Of a stretch of 64,000 nucleotides of DNA, positions 39,366 through 51,784 are shown piece after piece. The position numbers and the translations under genes were made by a program. The DNA is from Eledone cirrhosa (taxonomy: Eukaryota), in the NCBI GenBank assembly GCA_964016885.1, contig OZ024765.1, positions 23,312,001-23,376,000 of the forward strand, in the 5' to 3' direction. The first letter of the stretch is position 1. Each line of letters begins with the position of its first letter. Under the pieces are notes generated by a model that did not search any database, was not told where the DNA came from, and worked only from the letters and a program-made list of their open reading frames with translations.

Positions 39366-42310
39366 TCACCTTGACCGACCAGTCTGTCGGGCGTCCATTC
39401 GGCGCCGCTGGTCACAGCACGCCGTCCATTCCTCTCTGGATTGTGCTTTCCTCATCCATGTAGTCCCAATCATATTCCTAAAATTATCTGCCACCTTCGT
39501 GGAGGCCTTCCGAGTGGTCGCTTCCAATCGCACGGGTACCACTCGGCAACTGCGCAGGTCCAGCGATTATCGGTGAACCGGGCGACGTGTCCAGCCCATC
39601 TGAACTTGCTGCGTATATATTGCGCGATGACGTCCCTCACGCCAGACTTCTGTCTAATGACTTCGCTCCTGATGTGCTCTCTCAACGAGATTCCTAGCAT
39701 TGATCTCTCCATGGCTCTTTGAGCCGTTACCAGCCTCTGCTCTTCTCTCTTCGTTGTAGCCCAAGTTTCACTGCCATATAACATTGCAGGTAAAACTGTG
39801 CTATTGAAGGGGTTGGCGCGGGTGGTCTTGTCCAACCTCCCCTTGAGCACATCCCTTATGCCGCTGAACGCCTTCCATCCGGCCCTCAATGTCTCAGCGC
39901 ATGTTCACTTCTTGTCCTAGGTAGACGTATTCCTCCACCTCCTCTATTTCATCACCGCCAACCACCATTCGACCTGTTGGTACGTTGTCGGACCGCATGA
40001 AGTTCGTTTTCATGCTGTTCATCTTGAGGCCTACTGCAGAGCTTTTGATGTCGAGCTCCGTCAGCATGGTCTGAAGCCGATCCGTGGTTTCAGCGATGAG
40101 TACGATCTCATCAGCCAAACGGAGGTGGGTAAGTATCTCCCCATTGATGGTGACACCGCCTTGCCAGTCAATGCCTCTGATGATCTGCTCGAGACACGCG
40201 GTGAAAACTTTTGGAGAGATCGCATCTCCTTGCTTCACTCCCTTCTCGACCGGCACTCGTACGGGTGATGACAGCAGAGCTATGTCGGTGGTGCATCCGG
40301 AATTCGCCCCCTTGAGCAGTTGAACGTATTGCGCCTTGACTCCTTGCCTCTGCAGCGAGTTCAGCACTGCGTTGATTTCGACGCTGTCGAAGGCCTTCTT
40401 GTAGTCTACGAACGCGACGCAAAGAGGCATCTTGTACTCTTTTGCTTGCTCAAGCAGTTGTGTCAGAGTAAATATGTGGTCCATCGTGCTGTAGTTCTTC
40501 TGGAAGCCGGCTTGCTCTTTCGGTTGCTGTTCGTCCAGATGATGTGATAACCTGTTCAGGATTATCTTCGTGAACAGCTTGTACACGTGAGACAGCAGGA
40601 ATATGGGTCAGTAGTTCTTCAGATCTTCTCTATCGTCCTTCTTTTATAGCAGGATGGTATTCGACTCTTTCCACTGTGAGGGTATTCTTCCCTCGTCCAG
40701 ATCGTGTGCGAATCGCTCGGCGAGGATTTTCCAGAGCTGCTCTCCGCCTGACTTCAACACCTCCGATGTTATGCCGTCTTTCCGCTTTTCATCACGCCGA
40801 CGGCTCTTTCGACCTCACCGACAAGGATGGGTGGCACATTTTCTTCCTGTTTGAGTGACGGCAACGGCTGCACATTCCCGGCAGACTTGAAGAGCTTGGT
40901 GTAGAAGTCTTCAAAATCTTTTCCATTTCATTCTCTCCGCTGACCGGTACTCCAGCTGTGTTCTTCAGGGTCATCACCTCCGATCTGTACATTGCCATGT
41001 CTCTCTCGCATTTCTTGAGGCTCTTCTTTTTCTCTGCGGCCTTCAGGAGCTTCCCCATCCGGTATGCCTCGAAGGCTCTCTTCAGTTGCCGTATCACTCT
41101 GCTGAGAAGGGAATATTCGAGGTGATCTTCAGGTGTCCTCTTCATAATCTTCCTCTTCTCAAGCAACTTCATAGTTTCCTCCCAGACTCTTCCCTTCCGC
41201 TCCTTCGGGCACACACCCTTAGCCTTCCTCAAGCTCTCCTTCAGTTTCTTTATCAGTGAGTCGTAGTCAGCATCTATGCCGTCTCCTTTACACCACTTTT
41301 CCTGCATGATGGCTTCCTGCTGCTGCGCCTCGTTGAAGACCCAGACGCGTTCTCCCTTCGACGCCAAATGCAGCGCCTTCTTCTCCCTCGTCCGATCGAT
41401 GACGACCTTCGCCCTCACCAGACGATGATCACTGCCAGTGTTAAATGGCGTTATGACAGAGACGTCCTGCAGTATACGTCGCTTGTCGACCAGGATATAG
41501 TCGATCTCGTTTCCGTGCTCAGAATTTAGCGATACCCAGGTCCATCTTTTCTCCTCCTTCTTCCTGAATAGGCTGTTTCCGATGTAGAGCCGTCTCCTCT
41601 CCGCCATGGTGACCAGACACTCTCCTCTCTCATTTTGATACCCTAGGCCGAATTTTCCGACATACTCTTCCCCTTGCCGTTCCTGTCCGACCTTTGCGTT
41701 GAAGTCTCCCATCACGACGGTGTAAGTGGACTTCACAGCTAGCACTTTGTCTAGCTGGCGATAGAATTCTTCCACTTCCTCGTCGTCGCTGGCACTTGTG
41801 GGAGCGTAGGTCTGGATAATCTTGAGGGTGGCCTTCCCTGAGAGGTTTACGTTCAGTACACCAATCCGTGACGATATGAACTGGCAAGAAGCGACCTTCG
41901 AAGCCCATTCCTTGCTTACGATAAACCCTATACCTCCGACCAATCTGGCATCCTCTGCTTTCCCGAGTCTCACGGCGCATCCATCTTGCCATCGGGAATT
42001 CGCCTCCTTCTTCTGGCGGGTCTCGCACAGCCCTAACACGTCCCACCTGATCTTCTTCTTCTTCTTCTCCTCCATTAGGTGGTTCAGTCCTTGCCCCCTG
42101 CCAAAGACCTGCAGCTGTATGTGCATATGGCAAGGTTAGTCCTGTTCCATGGCGGCCTTCGGGAACCTGTGATTCTTAGCAGCCTCTCGTCGCTCGGGTT
42201 GCACTCCGCCATCATGGAGTAGCCCGATTGACTCGCAGGGTACTGAGGCCCTTTTCTTTGTGCTGTTTTAACCATAAGATGACGCCATCCCATTGGCTGT
42301 GCGGGCAGGC
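39366..42310 (-). mobile_element. RTE-clade LINE (APE + RT), GC-rich, frameshifted
   Basis: LGLCETR, QTYAPT, MGDFNAKVG, EIDYIL and SDHRLV; FVDYKKAFDSV, GVKQGDAISPK, LRLADE, YVYLG and KFRWAGHVAR. No Cys-rich insert. Confidence 0.93.
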
Positions 42311-42906
42311 CGGTACCTCTTCAGTTTAGCTAGCTTTTGAACTCTAGAAGATGATGAATCATCTCTAGGACCCAATTCGGGTCAAACAAATAAAAAAATA
42401 TATATATATATATTTCGTTTCTGAATTTGTTTAGCAACATTATTGGCAACATGACCCTCCCAAAGTATAACAATATATATATATATATATATATATTCTC
42501 AGACCGGGTGATGTGTTGAGCAAGACACTTTATTTCACATTGCTCCAGTTTACTCAGCTGTAGAAATGAGATGATAGGGACTTGAGTCCCTATCATTCCA
42601 CTGCAAAGTGGTCGTGGAGGTGCCATGGCAAAAAAGCACCCAGCACTCACTGTAAATGAGGTTGGTGTTAGGAAGGGCATCCAGCTGTAGAAATCAAGCC
42701 AGAATCAGTTCCCGTCCCACCATTGCAAGCAGGGAAAAGTGGACGTAAAATGAAATGATGATGATACATATACTTGGGGAGGGTCATATTGTTGTAATAA
42801 TGTTGCCAGAAATAATAACAGAACACACTCACTGTTTGGTTGGTTTTCGCTTCTATATCTTTTATATCTCCATAGTTAATTTATTTGGCAATCAAAGAAC
42901 TTTGTT

Positions 42907-42955
<49 letters not shown>

Positions 42956-43161
42956 ATATATATTTATATCTGTATATTTAACCATTGGTCAATCAATGCC
43001 AAATAAATTAACTATGGAGATATAAAAAATACAGAAGCGAAAACCATTTTCGGTGTGCCCGCCGACTGAACTCACTCAATATGCAAATTAGGCTGCTCAG
43101 CCGTTAATATGCATAAGGAAAGTATATACTTTAGACGTTCAACCATCTGGCAGTAAGGTAT

Positions 43162-43204
43162 ACGATGCTGACGATAGCTAATAAGCTTGAAATTAGTACA
43201 TCGT
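43162..43204 (+). ncRNA. Minimal type I hammerhead ribozyme, intact core
   Basis: acgatg CTGACGA t agct aata agct t GAAA ttag TA catcgt; perfect 6-bp stem I and a GUA triplet. Confidence 0.8.
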
Positions 43205-43420
43205 TCCTGTGTCAGTGTTGAACAAAAAGGTGACGTGGTTGCCTAAACACTGTACGGCGTAATTCGGGCTGTTTGTTTGTTTACAAACAAACAAACCGAA
43301 CATTATAATAAATGTTCGGTAAACCGATACGTGCATATATATATGTGTGCATGTATATATATACATACTACTGTACGTCTGTATACATATATGTATGTAC
43401 GTATACATACATACTTACAC

Positions 43421-43455
<35 letters not shown>

Positions 43456-43583
43456 ATTATATAGAACAATAAAATATGGCACCAGATGTTCAACCCAAGA
43501 CCTTATGATTGAGAACAGCACACCTGTAACCTCTAAGCTATATATCTTCACACAGACTTTCTGATAAAGACAGAAGTACCCAC

Positions 43584-43721
43584 CTGACTGACAGTTGTCT
43601 CCCCTGAAACCAGCTGCACATCCAACACTAGAACACACCCCAGATTTAATGTCGCAATGATTGTTGTCAGCACAGTGGCACAAATACTGACAGTTCAAGC
43701 CAAAATAACCCTTTTTACATT
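43584..43721 (-). CDS. Internal exon of an EGF-like repeat protein (MEGF10/SREC-type repeat)
   Basis: 138 nt, phase 1-1, poly-T tract plus cag acceptor, G|gtgggt donor; CKKGYFGLNCQYLCHCADNNHCDIKSGVCSSVGCAAGFRGDNCQS. Confidence 0.88.
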
Positions 43722-43852
43722 CTGAAAAAAAAAAAAAAAAAGAAAATAGAATTATATACACAACATATATATAAAATTATACACAATAACACATATATAC
43801 AATTATACACAGCTATAACATACATATACACAATTATACATAACTATAATGC

Positions 43853-44203
43853 CAATGTGCGTGAATGACCAAGCATAGACGAGTTGAGAAAGAAACTGGG
43901 TATAAGAGGGATAAGTTGTGGTGTGCAGGAGAGAAGGCTGAGCTGAGATGGTATGGACATGTGATGTGCATGGAGGATGACCGCTGGGTAAAGAAGTGCC
44001 AAGAAATCCCAGTAGAAGGAAGACGCAGTAGAGGTAGACCATGAAAAACATGAGCGGAGGTGGTGAGAGCAGACCTCAAATTGCTGAAACTCACAGAGGA
44101 GATGACAAGGGACCGTGACGAATGAAGAGATGCCATGCTTAATAAGACCCATCCCACTCTTGCAAGCAGGGAAAAGCGGACGTAAAATGATGATGATGAT
44201 GAT
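43853..44203 (+). mobile_element. RTEX 3' end
   Basis: LRWYGHV coding remnant and a (GAT)n tail. Confidence 0.8.
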
Positions 44204-44204
44204 A

Positions 44205-44682
44205 ATAATAAAATTATTGTGTACAGTGCTCAGGTGCACTACAACTCATCAATGGTGAATGTATAGTACATTAGTGAACAGACAGTGAACAGTGTATGAG
44301 TCATGAGATACACACAGACACATGCATGCGTGTGTATGGAGGGGGAATATCAGGTGTAGTGTTGGCGCAAAAAAAAAATAAAAGGAAATGCTTACAGCAC
44401 CTAGGTTTCTCAAGTGGTTTCCCATCTAAGTACTAACTAGGCTCGAGTCAAGATATATGTGTGTGTGTGTATGTATGTATGGAGGGGGAATATCAGGTGC
44501 AGTGTTGGCGAATTTCAGGCAGCATTGAGGTTTTAAAGGATGCAGTGTCCCGGCAGCTAACAACTGATGCAGGTAGTTTGTTCCATGCTTTAGTGAATTT
44601 CAGGAAGCATGGAGGTTTTAAAGGATGCAGTGTCCTGGCAGCACATAACTGATGCGGGTAGTTTGTTCTATGCTTCAGCAAA
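44205..44682 (-). mobile_element. 3' fragments of a CR1/L2/Jockey-group LINE
   Basis: KAWNKLPASVVSCRDTASFK, internally duplicated, with a (TTA)n-like tail. Confidence 0.6.
44387..44446 (-). pseudogene. 5S rRNA 3'-half fragment
   Basis: Reverse complement tcgagcctagttagtacttagatgggaaaccacttgagaaacctaggtgctgtaagcatt resembles metazoan 5S (TCGGGCCTGGTTAGTACTTGGATGGGAGACC...GGTGCTGTAGGC) and is followed by a T run. Confidence 0.8.
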
Positions 44683-45055
44683 TTTTTATATATATAGATT
44701 GACCAACAGTTAAAAAATATAAATATAGTTTCTCAGAGTTTTTTCATCACACATCTGTGACATCATCAGTGATATTTCTATGCTTGTCATATTCCTGTGA
44801 TGTTTTCTTATTCTATTTTATTTATTTGCAGTAGTTCCAACGTAAAAGACTTTCATAATAGTTGATCACTATAAATAACAGTTAGGAAAACCAGATAAAG
44901 TACATGTGGAGATAGAAAGAAGTAGACGGAGGGTCCTGTAAGGAACAGGTGCAAGTTTGCTTCCTTGCAAATATTTCTGTCTACATCTACCTTTCTCCTG
45001 AGATACTTTACTACCCACATTAACCTGTCACCTGTGGTCCATTACTGTCTACCAG

Positions 45056-45241
45056 GAATAATAATTGTTTCTACTTTAAGCACAAGGTCAGCAATTATCC
45101 GAGTGTATTACTGGTAATTTATTTTATCGACCCCGTAAGGATGAAAGGCAAAGTTAACTTCGGCGGGATTTGAACTCAGATTGTAAAGGGACATAACTAT
45201 GCTGGAAAGCACGGCATCCGACTCTCTACCGATACTGCCAT
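45056..45241 (-). mobile_element. tRNA-derived SINE, second family
   Basis: Box B gagttcaaatcc; homologous to 53261-53463 and 56200-56400. Confidence 0.8.
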
Positions 45242-45666
45242 AATATAGTTAGACTAGTTTGTAGTAAAAATAAAAGACTATTAAACATATGTAGTCATTA
45301 ATAATATATAGTTAGTAGTAAAAGTAAAAGACTATTAAATATATGTAGTCATTAATTGTTTCTACTTTAGGCACAAGGCCAGCAATTACCCAGTTCATTA
45401 CTGGTACTTTATGAACTGGGTAATTGCTGGCCTTGTAGTCATTAATAATATATAGTTAGTAGTAAAAGTAAAAGAGTATTAAACATATGTAGTCATTAAT
45501 AATATAGTTATACTAGTTAGTAGTAAAAGTGAAAGAGTAATACACCTATGTAGTCATTAATAATATAGTTATACTAGTTAGTAGTAAAAGTAAAAGAGTA
45601 ATAAACCTATGTAGCCTTTAATAATATAGTTATACTAGTTAGTAGTAAACGTAAAAGAGTATTAAA
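45241..45666. repeat. About 59-bp intronic minisatellite
   Basis: tagttagtagtaaaagtaaaagagtattaaac-type units, about 6 copies, interrupted by a SINE-tail hairpin. Confidence 0.85.
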
Positions 45667-45671
45667 CCAAC

Positions 45672-45809
45672 CAGTTTGACAATCAGTTCCTATATAGCCT
45701 GGTTCACAGTTGCCCTCTTCACAAACACCATTGGTTCTGTTGCAGTATTTACTTTCTTCACAATGACAAACCTTTTGACAGTTAGACCCAAAAGTATTGC
45801 TTGGACAGA
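45672..45809 (-). CDS. Internal exon of the same EGF-like repeat gene (absent from the ORF track)
   Basis: 138 nt, phase 1-1, tttatttcatccag acceptor, G|gttggt donor; CPSNTFGSNCQKVCHCEESKYCNRTNGVCEEGNCEPGYIGTDCQT. Confidence 0.88.
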
Positions 45810-45851
45810 CTGGATGAAATAAAGGATCAAACAGAAATTTAGTAAATTTAA

Positions 45852-46043
45852 CCCTTTAGCATTTACATTACTTTATATATATATACTATTGTATTTTTAC
45901 AGTAAACACTTTATCACATAATATGGAATCTACGAAATTTTGATGATGATATTATTTATTTTGAGAAGAATACCTTAATGTCAGTATTAGTGACCGGTTA
46001 TTGAAAGAAGTCAATATATAACCCTTTAGCATTTACATTACTC
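45852..46043. mobile_element. Truncated piggyBac-like MITE copies
   Basis: TTAA|CCCTTTAGCATTTACATTACT at 45852 and the same left end again at 46022; no right TIR. Confidence 0.7.
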
Positions 46044-46045
46044 AT

Positions 46046-47990
46046 AGACATTCAATGTAGAAGAGAACTGGGAGTTCCTAAAAAATAACTTACTAGAGGC
46101 GACGGATGAGGTCTGTGGCTGGAGTAAGACCTCAAGCAGGAGGAGAGTGACTTGGTGGTGGAACAATAAGGTAGATGAGGCAGTTAAGGCCAAGAGACAG
46201 GCATGGAAAGAATGGAAGAACGGGGGGAGCAGGGTACATTACATAGAGACCAAGAGGGAAGCTAGGCGACAAGTATACTTAGCTAGGAGGGAAGCAAAGG
46301 ATAGAAAATTCAAGCATGTTTTGCAACGTAAAGACCAGAAACAGGAGGTGTTCAAGATTGCGAGGCAGTGTGTCAGAGAGAATTGCGATGTCATTGGAGA
46401 GAAGTGTATCCGGAATGATAAAGGTGAGCTTGCCCTCACAAGTGCTGAGAAGAAAGATGCATGGAAGAGTCATTATGATAGATTACTAAATGAGGAGAAT
46501 GCATGAGAAGAAGAGTTCCACGTGCTGTAATCTGGTGGGCTCTTAGAAAACTAGGAGTAGATGAATGGCTTGTGAAAGCTGTACAAGCCATGTATAGGGG
46601 AGCAGTCAGCAAAGTTAGGATTAGCAATGAGTATAGCGAGGAATTTAGCGTACAGGTTGGGGTCCACCAGGGCTCTGTTCTTAGCCCCCTCCTGTTCATC
46701 ATAGTCCTGCAGGCAATAACGGAGGAGTTTAAGACCGGATGCCCATGGGAACTCCTGTATGCTGATGACCTCGCACTTATAGCTGAATCTATGGTAGAGC
46801 TAGAGAAGAAATTCCAAACTTGGAAGCAGGGACTAGAAAGAAAGGGTCTCAAAGTCAACATGACAAAGACTAAGGTTCTTGTAAGTAGACGAGAAAACAG
46901 AACCCAGATCCCCTCAGGGAAATGGCCTTGCTCAGTATGTAGGAAAGGTGTAGGTAGGAACTCCATTCTCTGCCCCAAATGCAAACAATGGGTACACAAG
47001 AGATGTAGCGGGATCTCAGGAAGCTTAATTAAGAATGTAGGCTTCACATGCAGCAGCTGTGCTGGGACAGCAAGCAGCAAAAAGCCACAGGACATAAGTA
47101 CCACAAATCTCTGGGAGGGCTCTGTAGAAAGAGTAGTCAGCTTCTGCTACCTAGGTGACCGAATTAGCAGCAGAGGTGGGTGTTCAGAAAGTACAATAAC
47201 TAGGGTAAGAACGGGATGGAAGAAGCTAAGGGAACTACTACCACTGCTAGCTGCAAAAGGCTTCTCCCTCAAAATGAAAGGCAGACTGTATGATGCGTGT
47301 ATCCGAACAGCGATGTTGCATGGTAGTGAGACCTGGAGGCTGAAGGTGGAAGACTTACATAGATTAGAGAGAAACGAAGTCTGCATGCTCCGATGGATGT
47401 GTAACAGTAATATACAAAGCATAAATGAATTGAGAGAGAGACTGAGCATAAGAGGAATCAAATGCTGTGTGCAGGAGAGGCGGTTGCGTTGGTATGGACA
47501 TGTGATGCGTATGAAGGATGACAGCTGCATAAAAAGGTGCAGAGCACTAGAAGTCGATGGAAACTGCGGAGTGAGGTGATAAAAGCCGACCTTACCCAAT
47601 TACACCTCTCAAAGGTGATGACACACGACCGTGCCCTCTGGCGTCACGCAGTAATACAGTGTACCCGATTTCCCATGGGTACAAGCTGAAGCATATAGAC
47701 AATATGCCCCCACAGCCCCCACTGCAAGGTGGTCGTGGAGGTGCCACGGCAAAAAAGCACCCAGCCCACACTGTAAAGTGGACGTGTAGGCGCCACGAAA
47801 AATCACCCAGCACTCACTGTAAATGAGGTTGGTGTTAGGAAGGGCATCCAGCTGTAGAAATCAAACCAAATCAGTTCCTGTATGAGCAAGGCATAGTCAG
47901 CCGACCAGACACTGCCCACAACAGGACAACCCGTCTAACCCATGCTAGCCTGGAAGAACGGACGTAAAACGGTGATGATGATGATGATGA
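46046..47990 (+). mobile_element. RTEX with 5' truncation and internal deletion
   Basis: ORFs 46147-46506 and 46503-47579 jump from LLNEEN to RVPR; (GAT)n tail. Confidence 0.92.
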
Positions 47991-50900
47991 TATCATCATC
48001 ATCATCTTACGTCCGCTTTTCCCTGCTTGCAAGGGTGGGACGGGTCTTATTCAGCACAGCATCTCTCCACTCGTCACGGTCCCTAGTCATCTCCACCATG
48101 AGCTTCAATGATCTGAGGTCTGTTCTCACCACCTCCGCCCGTGTTTTTCGTGGTCTACCTCTACCACGTCTTCCTTCAACTGCCAATTCCTGGCACTTCT
48201 TCACCCATCGGTCATCCTCCATGCGCATCACATGTCCATACCACCTCAGTCTCCTCTCCCGTACACTACATTTTATCCCTCTCAGACACAGTTTCTCTCA
48301 CAACACATTTATGCTAGGTCGTTCACGCACATTTACACTGCACATCCAACGGAGCATTGCTTGCCTCATTTCTCTCCAGCCGTTGCATATCCTCTGCAGT
48401 TGCTGCCCATGTCTCACTACCATGCAGCATCGCGCTCCTCACACAGGCATCATACAACCGGCCTTTCGTATGCAGGGAGAAACCCTTCTTCGTCAACAGA
48501 GGAAGCAGCTCCCTAAACTTCTTCCAACCCGTCCTTATTCTAGATACTATGGCCTCGCAACACCCTCCTCCCATGCTAATCTGATCTCCTAGGTACCGGA
48601 AGCTATCCAGCACTTCTATAGCGCCCTCATACATTTGAAAAATGTGTCTATCAATGTGACTTCTACTGTCTAATTTCCCTGTACATCTACTGCATACATA
48701 TTTCTCCCTACCTGTTAGTTTGCCTGCTATCCCGCTACATCTCTTGTGTACCCAGGATCTGCATTGTGTGCATTTTATAGAATTTATGCCAGTTCCTTTT
48801 CTGCATATCGAACATGGCCATTTCCCTGACGGAAGCAGGGTTTTGTCCTCTTTTCTACTCATCAACACTTTTGCCTTAGCTAGATTCACTCTCAGTCCTC
48901 TTGCTTCCAATTGATGTTTCAATAGCCAGAATTTATTCTATAGCTCCTCTACTGATTCTGCTATAAGAACCAGATCGTCAGCATAGAGAAGTTCCCATGG
49001 ACAGCCAGTCTTAAACTCCTCTGTTATGGCTTGGAGGACTATAATGAACAAGAGCGGGCTGAGGACCGAACCCTGATGTACTCCTACTTGTATCTGGAAT
49101 TCCTCACTAAACTCCATTCCTACCCTGACTTTACTGAGAGTACCTCTGTACAAAGTTTGCTCTGTCCTCACAAGCCATTCCTCAACACTTAGCTTCCTTA
49201 GGGACCACCAGTTGACAGATCGGGGTACCCTATCAAAGGACTTCTCTAGGTCAACAAAGGCTAAGTATAGTGGCTTATTCTTTCCTAAGAACCTCTCTTG
49301 CAATTGTCTCACCAAGAAGAGGGCATCTGTTGTACTCTTCCCAGGCACAAAACCAAACTGCATCTCATCTAGTTTGACCCTTTCTCTAATTAGTTGTGCT
49401 AAAATCCTTTCTGCCACTTTCATAACCTGATCTATCAGTTTTATACCCCTATAATTGCTCCTCTCCAAAGCATCCCCTTTACCTTTGTAGCAATTTATCA
49501 GAATACTGCTGCACCAGTCTTTGGGTATGACACCACCATATATAGCCTGATTGATGATGCGTGCAACCAGTTTAGTGCCTACGTCCCCTGATGCCTTCAG
49601 CATCTCAGCAACTATTCCCGATGGTCCGGCAGCCTTACCATTTTTCATTTCCCTAATCGCCTCTTGGACCCTATATTCGTCAATCTCAATAGCTGGTCCC
49701 TCTGTCGGATCTACCAAGGGTAATTTCTCTCTCTCCCATTCGTTCTCCACATTCATCAGTCTCTCATAATGACATTTCCAGGCCTCCTTTTTCTGATCAT
49801 TCGTGACACTAAGTACACCGGCATCATCCCGGACACATTTATCTCCAACAACATCCTGACTTGCATTGACACACTGCCTTGCAATGTGGAACACCGCACG
49901 CCTCTGATCTTCCCATCGCAGAACATTGGCAAACCTCCTACTCTCTGCCTCCCTGCGTGCTAAGTACACCTGACGTCTAGCTTCTCTCTTAGTAGCTGTA
50001 TATTCTTCCCTACTCCCACCCTTTTTCCAAGCCTTCCATGCTAGTCTTTTGTCTCTAATAGCCTTATCTACTGTGCTGTTCCACCACCAGGTCACTCTCT
50101 GTCTGGTTGGAGCTCTGCTCCAGCCACAAGTTTCATCAGTAGCCTGCAGCAAGTTGTCACGTAAGAAATTCCAGTTATTATCTATGTCATACATCTCTAA
50201 ATCGTCTTCTTTTTCGTCATATACATCTTGAAGGGCTTTCCTAAATTTGTATTTTTGTGAAAGGTCTTTTAGCTTTCATACCTTTCTTCTCCACACCTTC
50301 CTATATGTCTCATTCCATCTCTTGCTTACTGAGATATCACTAACAACTAACCTATGTTGTGGGGTACATTCTTCCCCATGGTATGCCTTGGTACTCTATC
50401 TGCCTGTCCCACTGCCTAACTAGTAAGAAGTCAATCTGGCTTATGTGCTCACCAGATTTGTAGGTTATTAGGTGATTGGCAGGTTTCTGGAAGTTTGTAT
50501 TGCAAATAGTCAATGTACCTGCATCGCAAAATTCGAGAAGTCCGACTCCTTCTTCATTTCTTGAACCGTGACCGTGCCCACCATGTACCCCAGTGTAACC
50601 ATCCTGGAGCTGTCCAACATGACCATTGATGTCTCCGTCATCTGTCATTGCGGTTGTTTGCAAAAGTTGCTCATAAAAGCAGTCTTTCTCTTCTTTGTCT
50701 AGGCCTGCTTGGGGAGCATAGGCCGAGATGATTGTCAGTCGTCTCCTACCTACAACTAATCTAAGCTTAATTATTCGATTACTAACTCGAACTACCTCTA
50801 TTGTCTCAATGATCCATTTCTCAGCCAGGAAAATGCCTACTCCCCTTAACCCATCATCCTTACCTACCCAGAATAGCTTATAGCTAAGACGTTTGCCTAC

Positions 50901-51240
50901 GACTAGTCTCGCAGAGGCACCTCTCCATCTCACCTCTTGCACGCAGCACACATCCACCTGCCTTCTCTCCAGCATCTCCGCTATTTTAGCAGATCTACCT
51001 CTGAGAGTGCCAACATTAAGTGTTGCAACTCTGAGATGCGACGTCTTCATATTTTGTTGTTGTTCCTATTTGTTGCTGTGCTGATAAGCGTTTTGGCATT
51101 GATACACTGGTTGGATGCCCTTCCTAACACCAGCGTCATTTTACAGCATGGACTGGGTGCTTTTATTTGTGTCACCAGCACTTAGAGAGGATGTCTTACT
51201 AGACTCAAGGGCCCTCTCTACCCCTCCATTTTACAGCATG
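47991..51240 (-). mobile_element. Near-full-length RTEX subfamily copy (APE + RT)
   Basis: ORFs 50352-51050 (VATLNVG, CVQEVRW, SAYAPQ), 48938-50194 (RT, LLYADD), 48323-48922 and 48007-48231. Tail-to-tail with the previous copy. Confidence 0.93.
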
Positions 51241-51428
51241 GTCGAAAAAAAAAAAAATTGTTGACACGACGCGCACACACACACTCACACACCAACACTC
51301 ATGCATACAAACCACAACCACACACACGCCACTCACACACCAACACTCATTCATGCATACAATCACACACACCACTCACAAACACACACATATATATATA
51401 TTACCGACAGTACTGATTCAAATACATG

Positions 51429-51464
<36 letters not shown>

Positions 51465-51634
51465 TATAGATAGGTAAATATACACGGGTCTGTATGATTG
51501 TGTATAGAAGATTATATTAATAAGAGGAATTCCAACTTTGTCTGATTTACTCGTTTTATTTACAATCCTTTAAAATATATATAATGGTATTATAATGAAA
51601 TAGTATGATAGAATATTAAATTCTAAGTGTTAAT

Positions 51635-51673
51635 TGAACAAGTACTTTCATGCTTTCGCAATCTTCAGGTTCA
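51635..51673 (-). ncRNA. Minimal type I hammerhead ribozyme (left palindrome arm)
   Basis: Reverse complement of 51746-51784. Confidence 0.82.
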
Positions 51674-51745
51674 TGATATGTGGTGACAGTCGAGTTTGCA
51701 ATTTTCAACTGAGAAAATTGCAAACTCGACTGTCACCACATATCA

Positions 51746-51784
51746 TGAACCTGAAGATTGCGAAAGCATGAAAGTACTTGTTCA
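51746..51784 (+). ncRNA. Minimal type I hammerhead ribozyme (right palindrome arm)
   Basis: tgaac CTGAAGA t tgc gaaa gca t GAAA gtac TT gttca. Confidence 0.82.

Noticed and set aside
42312-42390. Minus-strand AAAA gctagc TA next to CTGAAGA, with nearby hairpins
   Set aside because: Core elements are in an order and spacing that cannot close stem I.
44715-44778. Hammerhead-like motif on the minus strand (CTGATGA tg tcaca gatg tgtga t GAAA)
   Set aside because: No convincing stem III and NUH in register with stem I.
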